DNA of 50,147 nucleotides. Source: an uncultured Clostridia bacterium (lineage in GTDB: Bacteria; Bacillota; Clostridia; Peptostreptococcales; Anaerovoracaceae). The notes under the pieces are model-generated. The model was not told where the DNA came from, made no database searches, and saw only the letters and a program-made list of their open reading frames with translations. The position numbers and the translations under genes were made by a program. This document shows positions 36,425 through 44,689 of this stretch, in pieces (the first letter of the stretch is position 1; each line of letters begins with the position of its first letter). The DNA lies in NCBI GenBank assembly GCA_937889655.1, contig CALBZG010000119.1:1-50147 (forward strand), read 5' to 3'.

Positions 36425-37879
36425 ATGGCAAATACCGAAAAGAAAAAAGGCATGAACCTTTTGGATTATTTTATGCTGGGTTTCGGCTCCATCGTTGGAG
36501 TCGGCTGGGCTGTTGCCGTTAACGGCTGGATGGGCACAGGCGGTGGCCCTATCCCTGCAGCTATTGCATATGCTTTTGCAACATTATTTATTATCCCTAT
36601 CGCGTTCTGTTATGCTGAATTAACAAGCGCAATGCCGGTAGCAGGAGGCGTAGTAGCCTTTGCGTACAAGGCATTCGGAACATTCCCTTCATTTGTCGGC
36701 GGCTGGTTCGTAGCACTGGCCTATATCACGATCATTCCATGGGAAGCCATTTATATCAACAATGTACTGGCTCTTATCTTCCCGGGACTCAAAGCCGGAG
36801 ATCCTCTATACACAATAGCCGGTGAAGGCATATTCACTGCCGGCCTAATTGTCGGCGTATTAGTATCACTCGCACTTATTTATATGAATCACAGAGGTAT
36901 CGAAGTTGCCTCCGGTGCGCAAACAATACTCGGCGTGCTGCTGGCGGGCGCCGGAATCCTCGTAATTATTTTCTGCTTCTTAAAGGCAGATCCTGCTAAT
37001 CTGATGCCTGTTTATGAGAATGTTGGCAAAGGAACACATACTAGCATGTTCGGAGGTCTTATAGCCGTTATGGCTATCGCTCCGTTCTTCCTGGCAGGAT
37101 TCGACACCATTACCCAGGGTGCTGAAGACAGCGCATCGGACCTTGATTACAAGGGGCTGGGCAAAGTATTGGTTATGGCGATCCTCAGTGCCGGTATATT
37201 CTACATCCTGATCATACTTTCTTCCGGTATGGCTATGCCTTGGCAGGAATTCTTTACATATCCTCGTCCGGCCATCTCACTGGAGTTAAAGGAAGTATAC
37301 GGAGGAGTTCTTGGAGCGGGACTCTACTGGCTGGTTATGATCGGAGCCCTGGCTGGATTGTTCACTACATGGAATGGATTCTACATTGCCTCCGCCCGTC
37401 TGCTGATGGGTATGGCCAGAGCAAGACTGATTCCTTCATTCTTCACTAAAATCCATCCTAAGTATGGAACTCCTGTAGGCGCCAATACATTTATCGCTGT
37501 TGTCTGCCTCATCGGACCTTTTACCGGAATGGGCATCATCGACCCACTGACCATAGTAGGATCCACAGCATTCGTAATCGGCTGGTTTGTAACAGCTATC
37601 TCCACCATCAAACTAAGAATCAGCGAGCCTGATATGATAAGACCTTATAAGGCACCGGGCGGAATGCTCTTGGTTGGATTAGCCGCTGTTATTTCCTTCA
37701 TCGTCATCGTTATCACTTTCATCCCTGCATCCCCAGGATACATGGGACCTTTGGGAATAAAGATATTCATAGCATGGGCGATCCTGGGTCTGATATTCTA
37801 CTTTGGATCTGCAAGCTACAGAAATCAGTTCACTGAGGAAGAAAGAGTTGCATCCCTATTCCAAAAGCTTGCAAAATAA
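36425..37879 (+). CDS. APC-superfamily amino acid permease (paralogue 2)
   Basis: Collinear with paralogue 1 over its full length, roughly three-quarters identical by eye. AAGGAGG RBS. Confidence 0.8.
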   Translation: MANTEKKKGMNLLDYFMLGFGSIVGVGWAVAVNGWMGTGGGPIPAAIAYAFATLFIIPIAFCYAELTSAMPVAGGVVAFAYKAFGTFPSFVGGWFVALAYITIIPWEAIYINNVLALIFPGLKAGDPLYTIAGEGIFTAGLIVGVLVSLALIYMNHRGIEVASGAQTILGVLLAGAGILVIIFCFLKADPANLMPVYENVGKGTHTSMFGGLIAVMAIAPFFLAGFDTITQGAEDSASDLDYKGLGKVLVMAILSAGIFYILIILSSGMAMPWQEFFTYPRPAISLELKEVYGGVLGAGLYWLVMIGALAGLFTTWNGFYIASARLLMGMARARLIPSFFTKIHPKYGTPVGANTFIAVVCLIGPFTGMGIIDPLTIVGSTAFVIGWFVTAISTIKLRISEPDMIRPYKAPGGMLLVGLAAVISFIVIVITFIPASPGYMGPLGIKIFIAWAILGLIFYFGSASYRNQFTEEERVASLFQKLAK

Positions 37880-37954
37880 TTTACTTACTCTCCACTTATA
37901 AATATTTCAAAATCAATAAAGCCCAGTGTAGTCTCAGCTGCACCGGGCTTTATT
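37875..37954 (+). repeat. Copy C of the conserved 3' element with hairpin
   Basis: AATAATTTACTTACTCTCCACTTATAAATATTTC...AATAAAGCCCAGTG-TAGTCTCAGCTG-CACCGGGCTTTATT. Begins at the permease stop codon. Confidence 0.65.
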
Positions 37955-38055
37955 GCAAAGTTGAGTGCCTTCGGCCGTGGCTGCAAATAAAGGCATGCGG
38001 GTATAAAACTATTAGAAAACGGTTATTCTTATGGCAGATTATGGAGCTAAAGCAA

Positions 38056-38084
38056 TTGACAACTGTGTTTAAAAAGAGGATAAT
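38056..38084 (+). promoter_or_regulatory. Promoter of tRNA-Val(CAC)
   Basis: TTGACA, 17-nt spacer, GATAAT. The -10 box ends 15 nt before the tRNA 5' end. Confidence 0.6.
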
Positions 38085-38099
38085 TTATTGAAAAGATGC

Positions 38100-38174
38100 G
38101 GGCGATTAACTCAGCGGGAGAGTGCTACCGTCACAAGGTAGAAGTCGTTGGTTCGAACCCAATATCGCCCACCA
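38100..38174 (+). tRNA. tRNA-Val, anticodon CAC
   Basis: Manual cloverleaf: acceptor GGGCGAU/AUCGCCC, D arm ACUC-AGCGGGA-GAGU, anticodon arm CUACC-GUCACAA-GGUAG, variable loop AAGUC, T arm GUUGG-UUCGAAC-CCAAU, discriminator A, encoded CCA. Confidence 0.85.
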
Positions 38175-38185
38175 TATAGAGAAAT

Positions 38186-39343
38186 ATGAAAACAATTTCC
38201 ACCGGACAGCAGAATACAAGATCAGGGAACCGATATGGACGATCAGAGTGGGCAGGTGCCTTTGGGGACCTCGGAACTCTGATTCCTTTTATTGTTGGGT
38301 ATATCAGCATAGTAAGAATGGATCCCCGTGGAGTTCTTTTTATGCTGGGTATACTGCTGATTGGATCAGGGCTTTACTATAAGACACCGATCCCGGTACA
38401 GCCAATGAAAGCCATCGGTGCAGCCGCCATAGCTTCATCCGGGGCAATCACGCCGGGAATGATATGGGGAGCAGGTCTGTTTACGGGTGTCTTCTGGCTC
38501 TCTTTGGGATTGTCCGGCCAGTTGGTTAAAGTATCGAAAATTGCATCCAAGCCTGTTCTAAGAGGAATCGTTCTGGGATTGGGACTCTTGTTTATGATGG
38601 ACGGGTTAAATATGATGAGGAAAGATTTCCTCGTCGCAGGCATCGCTCTTTTACTGACATTTGCGCTTCTTAAGAATAAAAAAGTACCTGCAATGTTTGT
38701 CTTGCTTATATTCGGTATGACTGCCGCAGTCCTCCGTAACCCTGCTTTTTTAGCGGAAATTTCAAAAATAAATCTGGATATTCAAATGCCTGAAGTAGCG
38801 CTAGGAAAGATTACTGTTCAGGAAATAATAAAAGGCATTTTACTTCTTGGGATTCCGCAGATCCCTTTGACTTTCGGAAATGCTGTCGTCGCAATCACTT
38901 CCGAAAACAACCGGTTGTTCCCTGCGCATCCGGTAAATGAAAACAAAATCGCGATATCCCAGGGGATTATGAATCTGATTTCACCACTTTTTGGCGGGAT
39001 CCCGGTTTGTCACGGCGCCGGCGGTATGGCAGGCCATGTTCGATTTGGTGCAAGAACCGGAGGAGCTCTTGTTATTTTAGGAGGGATACTCCTTGCAACA
39101 GGAATTTTCTTTGGCAGTTCTGTACTGTTGATTTTTGAAATATTTCCGCAAAGCGTGCTTGGTGTAATTTTATTTTTTGCAGGGCTGGAGCTTGCGGCCC
39201 CGGTCTGGAATGCCGGCATGGAAAGAAAAGATCAATATCTGCTGCTTGTTACGGCGGTTTTCTCGTTGTGGAATATCGGAATCGGATTCGCTGTCGGATT
39301 GATCCTGCAGGAACTATTTAATAGAAAATGGATCGATATCTGA
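38186..39343 (+). CDS. Putative sulfate/molybdate transporter (MOT / SulP-related family membrane protein)
   Basis: The N-terminal SEWAGAFGDLGTLIPF block resembles the MOT family. About 10 hydrophobic segments. The ATG lies only 11 nt after the tRNA CCA end. Confidence 0.6.
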   Translation: MKTISTGQQNTRSGNRYGRSEWAGAFGDLGTLIPFIVGYISIVRMDPRGVLFMLGILLIGSGLYYKTPIPVQPMKAIGAAAIASSGAITPGMIWGAGLFTGVFWLSLGLSGQLVKVSKIASKPVLRGIVLGLGLLFMMDGLNMMRKDFLVAGIALLLTFALLKNKKVPAMFVLLIFGMTAAVLRNPAFLAEISKINLDIQMPEVALGKITVQEIIKGILLLGIPQIPLTFGNAVVAITSENNRLFPAHPVNENKIAISQGIMNLISPLFGGIPVCHGAGGMAGHVRFGARTGGALVILGGILLATGIFFGSSVLLIFEIFPQSVLGVILFFAGLELAAPVWNAGMERKDQYLLLVTAVFSLWNIGIGFAVGLILQELFNRKWIDI

Positions 39344-39387
39344 AACTTACAGATCTGAATATTTATTGACTGCCAAGATGAAAAATG

Positions 39388-39416
39388 TTGACATATGGAG
39401 ATAAATAACAGATAAT
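39388..39416 (+). promoter_or_regulatory. Promoter of tRNA-Val(GAC)
   Basis: TTGACA, 17-nt spacer, GATAAT. Again 15 nt from the -10 box to the tRNA 5' end. Confidence 0.6.
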
Positions 39417-39431
39417 TTTACATGTACATAT

Positions 39432-39506
39432 GGGCGATTAACTCAGCGGGAGAGTGCTACCTCGACAAGGTAGAAGTCGTTGGTTCAAATCCAATATCGC
39501 CTACCA
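39432..39506 (+). tRNA. tRNA-Val, anticodon GAC (non-canonical C33)
   Basis: Same cloverleaf as the first copy. Differences: anticodon loop UCGACAA, T loop UUCAAAU, and a G1-U72 wobble (acceptor 3' strand AUCGCCU). Encoded CCA. Confidence 0.8.
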
Positions 39507-39509
39507 GTA

Positions 39510-39546
39510 AAAAAGGCCGCTCTCTTTCACGAAGCGGTCTTTTTTG
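39510..39546. terminator. Bidirectional intrinsic terminator (tRNA on + strand, serpin on - strand)
   Basis: AAAAA-GGCCGCT-loop-AGCGGTC-TTTTTT. Confidence 0.7.
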
Positions 39547-39582
39547 TAGCCTCATTTAGCATCCGTTTTTCAGGATTTTTGA

Positions 39583-40812
39583 TCAAGGAGCATTGCAGTA
39601 CTTGCCCATAAACAAGATGCTTCCGGTAGCTTCTTCTTCGATCAGGAAAAGGAATGGCCGATCGGCAATGAAAGTGACAGGCTCCTGCGCAGCGGTCTCG
39701 GCAACGATCACAACAGTGACCCCGGCAGCTTCGCTGCCTTCTTCATTGACTTCTATAACTGCCTTGTGTAAAACTTCGCTTATGAATAATCCCTCGCGGA
39801 TCCCCGACAGGTCCGCTTCTGCCGAAAAAGGCAGCTCCATGCCCATCGCGATAAGCGAGTCGTTCAATTTTTTGATCCCGTACTCCATTTTGAACTTCGG
39901 TACTTGAAGCAGAACATCTTCGGTGTTCTTTAAAGTATCTTTAACACTATTAAACTTATCGGAATCCATGGTCCGAATAAAGGAATCGATATCCTGACCG
40001 GCTTCCGGAAGGATAAAATACATGGCAGTTTTACCTTCCCCGTAAGGCAGCCTGACCGCTTTGTAATCATAGCCTTCTCCATATTCCACTTCGCCTTTCA
40101 TACTCATCATATCGATTGTTTGGAAACCGTCGATGCCATTAAAATCCGTCTGAAAAGTATCCTCTATATTGAACTGAGCCGCCCATTCGCCTTTGAAGTA
40201 AACCGCATTGATCAAGTACATAACGACTTGATCCGGGATAGGCGGATCGATCATTTTATCTATTTTCCCTTTCGTTGACTCTTTGATCCATTTATTAATG
40301 GCGTTGACAGTTTCCGGATCAGAAAAATCAGCCTCTTTGACCTCTGCATCAAAAACGTTTTGATTTGTGGAAATGAATTCTTCTTTGATCGCTTCGCCCT
40401 GCCGGTACCAGATAGAATTGCATATGTTCAGTTCCACTTTCTTGTCGGTTTGCGATAGATAAGGCAATAGGTTGCTATAAGTTTCATTTACTTCATGGAT
40501 TATGAGGCCTTCATATCGCAGCCCCTTTTCCATTTGCGCCAGTGTGTCTCCTAAAGCGCCGTTATAGGTCATGGTAAGTGCCGTGGAAATGCTCAAAGGC
40601 GATATAAATATATTCTCAGCCTTTTCCTCCCTGTTGATTTCTCTGAATATGTCAAAGGCGAAATCAACGTTTCGACCAGTCACCTCGTTATTGATTTTAT
40701 TTAGATCATAACTCTTGTCATTCTCAGTGTTTTGACTGCATCCCGCGGTAACAGCCACCATCATGATTAGGCCCAATAACAAAACAACGGGTTTTTTTAT
40801 ATTGATTTTCAT
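39583..40812 (-). CDS. Serpin-family protease inhibitor, lipoprotein
   Basis: Lipobox signal peptide (VTAGC). Serpin hinge and reactive-centre loop EEGSEAAGVTVVIVAETAAQEP. C-terminal signature FIADRPFLFLIEE...ILFMGK. Confidence 0.85.
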   Translation of the reverse strand: MKINIKKPVVLLLGLIMMVAVTAGCSQNTENDKSYDLNKINNEVTGRNVDFAFDIFREINREEKAENIFISPLSISTALTMTYNGALGDTLAQMEKGLRYEGLIIHEVNETYSNLLPYLSQTDKKVELNICNSIWYRQGEAIKEEFISTNQNVFDAEVKEADFSDPETVNAINKWIKESTKGKIDKMIDPPIPDQVVMYLINAVYFKGEWAAQFNIEDTFQTDFNGIDGFQTIDMMSMKGEVEYGEGYDYKAVRLPYGEGKTAMYFILPEAGQDIDSFIRTMDSDKFNSVKDTLKNTEDVLLQVPKFKMEYGIKKLNDSLIAMGMELPFSAEADLSGIREGLFISEVLHKAVIEVNEEGSEAAGVTVVIVAETAAQEPVTFIADRPFLFLIEEEATGSILFMGKYCNAP

Positions 40813-40922
40813 GTTGACACCCCCCTTGATACTTTAGACAGGTTAGAACGATTTTTTGTTTCATCCACCTTCAGAAGCTTTATGCCGCGGCCGAATGAAA
40901 CATCATTTCGCGATTGCCAGGT

Positions 40923-40951
40923 TTGACAAATCCATTATACTATACTACAAT
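40923..40951 (+). promoter_or_regulatory. Sigma-A promoter of the six-gene Ehr/Hyf-like operon
   Basis: TTGACA (40923-40928), 17-nt spacer, TACAAT (40946-40951). Confidence 0.6.
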
Positions 40952-40993
40952 GAAAAAGCTTGCGGCTATTTGCAGCAGGAAAGTTCGGAGGGG

Positions 40994-43048
40994 ATGGACA
41001 TCGGAATGGAAGTTTTTCAAACCGTGGTGCTATTAAAATCATCATTTGCGTTATTGGGCATTGCCGCAGTTATAGCTCTTATTGCTTCCGGCAAGCAAAA
41101 ATTCTGCAATCTATCAGTTAACATGATATGCATCGTGTCATCCATTTTAATGATGGCAGCTTCCGGATTCATCATATTGTCAGAAAACCAATTTGTTAAA
41201 ATTCATATTTTTGATACCGCTATTCCTTTTCTGTCTTTAGAGCTGGCTGTTGATGGGCTTTCCGCCCTTTTCCTTCTGATCTTGTCTATTCTGGTATTTT
41301 GCATATCGGTGTATTCCATCGGCTACATATCCCATTACTTCGGGAAGCGAAATGTAGGCCTTTTTTATTTCCTTTATTCAACCTTCATCTTATCGATGGC
41401 TTTGGTATTTACATCATCAAATGCAGTATTTTTCTATATTTCGTGGGAAGCCATGTCTGTGCTCTCTTATTTTCTGGTGATTTTCGAATCGGAGATCGAG
41501 AAAAATCAGAAAGCCGGAATTTTATATATTGTCATGACCCATATCGGAACAGCCTTTTTGCTTATAGGGTTTATGATCTCATACAGCTTTACCGGATCTT
41601 TTGATATCACCGGCAGCTCTCAGGCGATACCTGAAGGGGCTAAAAATATTATTTTCATTCTGTATTTGCTTGGTTTTTGTACGAAGGCCGGTGCGATACC
41701 GGTACACATTTGGCTTCCATATGCCCATCCGGCGGCCCCAAGTAACGTATCGGCGCTTATGTCGGGAGTCATGATCAAAACGGCCATTTATGGCCTTGTC
41801 CGTTTTGTCATGGAATTTCTTGGAGTGCAGCATACATGGTGGGGCGTGCTGATTATTGTTATTGGGGTTTTGTCAGCTTTCCTTGGAGTAGCCTATGCTC
41901 TGATGGAGCACGACATGAAGAGGTTGCTGGCTTATCATAGTGTAGAGAATATCGGCATCATTTTAATCGGTCTGGGGATCAGTTTTATCTCCTTTAATGG
42001 GGGGAACACCATTATCGGGTCGATGGCATTGACGGCTTCTCTGCTCCACACCTTGAACCATGCGCTTTTTAAAGGCGGATTATTTTTGGGCGCCGGCTCC
42101 ATCCATTATGCGACGCATACAAAAGATATTGAAAAATTAGGAGGCCTGATCCGAACGATGCCTGTTACGGCACTATTCGTGCTTTGCTTTTCTCTGGCCA
42201 TTTCGGCAATCATTCCCTTCAATGGTTTTGTAAGCGAGTGGCTTACATTTTTATCGATATTCACTTATGTTGCACCTGGGCAGGCAGGCATCAACATCAT
42301 ACTGATTATAGCTGTTGCCACCCTCGGCATGGCCGGAGCATTGGCCGCTGCATGCTTTGTGAAGTTTTATGGCATCTCTTTTCTCGGACTTCCCAGAACT
42401 AATCAGGCCGCAGAAGCCAGAGAAGTTTCTGCTCCAATGAATATCGCCATGGGCATCATAGGGGGTATTTGCCTTCTAATAGGACTATTACCGATGCAGG
42501 CAATCAGAACGATCGACAAAGTTACTTTCAGCTTGACTGGCGCATCCTCCGTAACCCAGTTGGGCCAAGGGTTTATCGATCCTTGGATCTCACTGGATAA
42601 TACCGGTAGCTCGATATCTCCTGCAGAAATTTTTGCTGCTCTCGCAGTCGTGTCGCTGTTGACGCTCATAGCCGTCAGGATCATCGGAGGAAAGTATCTT
42701 GAACGGAGATATGGCTCCTGGGATTGTGGATTTGAAGCATTGAATCCCAGAATGCAATATACAGCCACCGGGTTTTCAAAGCCAATAAAAATCGTTTTTA
42801 GGATATTATTCAGACCTTCAAGAAAAACGGAGCTCAAGGGTGGATCAAGATACCAGCCTGATGAAATCGAATACACTACAACCTCTGAATCCATTTTTGA
42901 GAAATATGCATACAGGCCGGCTTTTCAGCAAATAATAACCTTTTCAAGAAGAGCCAAGTTTTTTGTTCAAACGGGTAAAATACATAACTATTTGATATAT
43001 ATTTTTATCGCCGTATTAGCTTTGATGGCCTACAACAGATTTGTTTAG
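40994..43048 (+). CDS. NuoL/HyfB-like antiporter-type membrane subunit
   Basis: Large polytopic protein with the ND5/HyfB block WLPYAHPAAPSNVSALMSGVMIKTAIYG. The start is ATG 40994 or 41006, after a GGAGGGG RBS. The track's N-terminal extension is unlikely to be real. Confidence 0.8.
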   Translation: MDIGMEVFQTVVLLKSSFALLGIAAVIALIASGKQKFCNLSVNMICIVSSILMMAASGFIILSENQFVKIHIFDTAIPFLSLELAVDGLSALFLLILSILVFCISVYSIGYISHYFGKRNVGLFYFLYSTFILSMALVFTSSNAVFFYISWEAMSVLSYFLVIFESEIEKNQKAGILYIVMTHIGTAFLLIGFMISYSFTGSFDITGSSQAIPEGAKNIIFILYLLGFCTKAGAIPVHIWLPYAHPAAPSNVSALMSGVMIKTAIYGLVRFVMEFLGVQHTWWGVLIIVIGVLSAFLGVAYALMEHDMKRLLAYHSVENIGIILIGLGISFISFNGGNTIIGSMALTASLLHTLNHALFKGGLFLGAGSIHYATHTKDIEKLGGLIRTMPVTALFVLCFSLAISAIIPFNGFVSEWLTFLSIFTYVAPGQAGINIILIIAVATLGMAGALAAACFVKFYGISFLGLPRTNQAAEAREVSAPMNIAMGIIGGICLLIGLLPMQAIRTIDKVTFSLTGASSVTQLGQGFIDPWISLDNTGSSISPAEIFAALAVVSLLTLIAVRIIGGKYLERRYGSWDCGFEALNPRMQYTATGFSKPIKIVFRILFRPSRKTELKGGSRYQPDEIEYTTTSESIFEKYAYRPAFQQIITFSRRAKFFVQTGKIHNYLIYIFIAVLALMAYNRFV

Positions 43049-43066
43049 GAGGCATTTGGAGGGTAA

Positions 43067-44026
43067 ATGAACTATTTGATATATATGGTATTGCAAATAA
43101 CAGTGATCATCGTCTTCGCTCCACTGATCAGCGGTGTGATAAGAAAGATCAAGGCGCTTTCCCAAAAACGAAAAGGCGCGCCTGTTTTTCAGATGTATTA
43201 TGATCTTCATAAACTGTTTAGAAAGACATCCGTCGTTTCGGAAACTTCGTCGTGGATTTTTAAAGCTGCACCTTACGTTTTTTTTTCAACAGCTGTTACA
43301 GCAGCTTTACTGGTGCCTGTATCGACGTTGATCCCCCAACCTTCGAGTCTGCCGGGAGATTTTATCGTTATGGTTTCCGTATTAGCATTGGGAAGATTTT
43401 TTATGATGCTGGCCGGGCTTGACACCGGAAGCACTTTCGGCGGCATGGGAAGCAGCAGAGAGGCTTTGATATCCTCTCTGATAGAACCGTCGATTCTGGT
43501 CTCTCTCTTTACAATAGCACTTATTACCGGGTCCACCTCCCTCTCAAGGATCCTATTCGTCGTAAACAGCAGTGAAAACCAGCTGCCGCTTCAGGTATCC
43601 ATATTGATATTCCTTGCTTTGCTGGTAATCATCATTGCAGAAACAGCCCGGATACCGGTAGACGATCCTTCCACCCATTTGGAGCTTACCATGGTTCATG
43701 AAGCTATGATCCTTGAATACTCCGGAAGACATCTTGCATTGATGGAATATGGCGCAGCCGTCAAACAGTTGACATTGATCACGCTGCTGGTCAATATTTT
43801 ACTTCCTTTCGACGGAATGATTTCACAAACCGGCATGATGGCCATCCTGCTGTCCTTGCTATTTTATGCAGCAAAGGTGCTCATGGCAGCGGTCCTGATT
43901 GCATTGATCGAGATAAATTGTGTAAAGCTTAAGCTTTTCAGCATACCTAATCTTGCCGCACTGGCCTTTATCCTTTCCTTTGTGGCATTTTTACAATTTT
44001 TTGTTCTGGGAGGCAACCATGTCTGA
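43067..44026 (+). CDS. NuoH/HyfC/HycD-like membrane subunit
   Basis: 319 aa and polytopic. The block ETARIPVDDPSTHLELTMVHEAMILEYSG is typical of HycD/HyfC. Confidence 0.8.
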   Translation: MNYLIYMVLQITVIIVFAPLISGVIRKIKALSQKRKGAPVFQMYYDLHKLFRKTSVVSETSSWIFKAAPYVFFSTAVTAALLVPVSTLIPQPSSLPGDFIVMVSVLALGRFFMMLAGLDTGSTFGGMGSSREALISSLIEPSILVSLFTIALITGSTSLSRILFVVNSSENQLPLQVSILIFLALLVIIIAETARIPVDDPSTHLELTMVHEAMILEYSGRHLALMEYGAAVKQLTLITLLVNILLPFDGMISQTGMMAILLSLLFYAAKVLMAAVLIALIEINCVKLKLFSIPNLAALAFILSFVAFLQFFVLGGNHV

Positions 44027-44678
44027 TTTATTTGATACGCTTTCAGTGCTGATCCTGATGACTGCCTTTGTTTTGATGGCAAATAAAAAAGTCAAGGCCT
44101 ATATTAAAACCTTTCGCGTACAATCTGCACTGATCGCTCTCTCAGCCGGTATTCTGGGTGTCGAAGCCATTATGGATGAAGGACGTTATGATCTCATGGT
44201 GGTCTGCGTACTGATCGTAGTTCTAAAAGTGATCTATATTCCCGGCTTACTGCATAAAACTTATGCCGGTATCGAATACAGAACAGAAAAAGATTTCATA
44301 CTCAACATTCCAATATTGGTATTAATAAGCTGCAGTCTTGTAGTATTCACATATTTTTCGTTTTCAGCAAGCGGCTTCGGCGTCAACGGTAGCGTCATCG
44401 ATCTTCAACTTGTGAATACGATATCGGTCACAATGATCGGACTTCTTTTTATGATCACCAGGAAAAAAGCCATAGGTCAGATCATAGGATTTCTGGAGGT
44501 TGAAAACGGGATATTCATAACAGCGATGTTTTCCACCCAGGGGATGCCTTTTATCGTCGACATGGGGATCTTCATCGATATGCTGACGGCTGTGATGATC
44601 ATGGGTGTGCTGGTCTTTAAAATCAACGTTACATTTGAATCGATCAATACCGACAGGTTGAACAAACTGAAAGGATAA
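44019..44678 (+). CDS. HyfE-like membrane subunit (NuoK-related C-terminus)
   Basis: The start ATG 44019 (GGGAGG RBS) overlaps the upstream stop by 8 nt. The block QIIGFLEVENGIFITAM is typical of HyfE. Confidence 0.75.
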   Translation: MSDLFDTLSVLILMTAFVLMANKKVKAYIKTFRVQSALIALSAGILGVEAIMDEGRYDLMVVCVLIVVLKVIYIPGLLHKTYAGIEYRTEKDFILNIPILVLISCSLVVFTYFSFSASGFGVNGSVIDLQLVNTISVTMIGLLFMITRKKAIGQIIGFLEVENGIFITAMFSTQGMPFIVDMGIFIDMLTAVMIMGVLVFKINVTFESINTDRLNKLKG

Positions 44679-44689
44679 AAGGCCAGACA

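Noticed and set aside
38122-38382. 86-aa ORF on the plus strand
   Set aside because: It starts inside the tRNA-Val(CAC) gene and runs out of frame over the start of the transporter gene, so it is an artefact of ORF calling.
40856-40993. N-terminal extension of the HyfB-like ORF. Similar extensions appear at 750-776 (hutI), 8005-8085 (larB), 8102-8134 (arsR), 14020-14103 (GT4), 17438-17479 (etfB) and 43953-44018 (hyfE-like).
   Set aside because: The extensions overlap promoters, operators or upstream genes and lack an RBS. The internal starts have good SD sequences and match the family N-termini.
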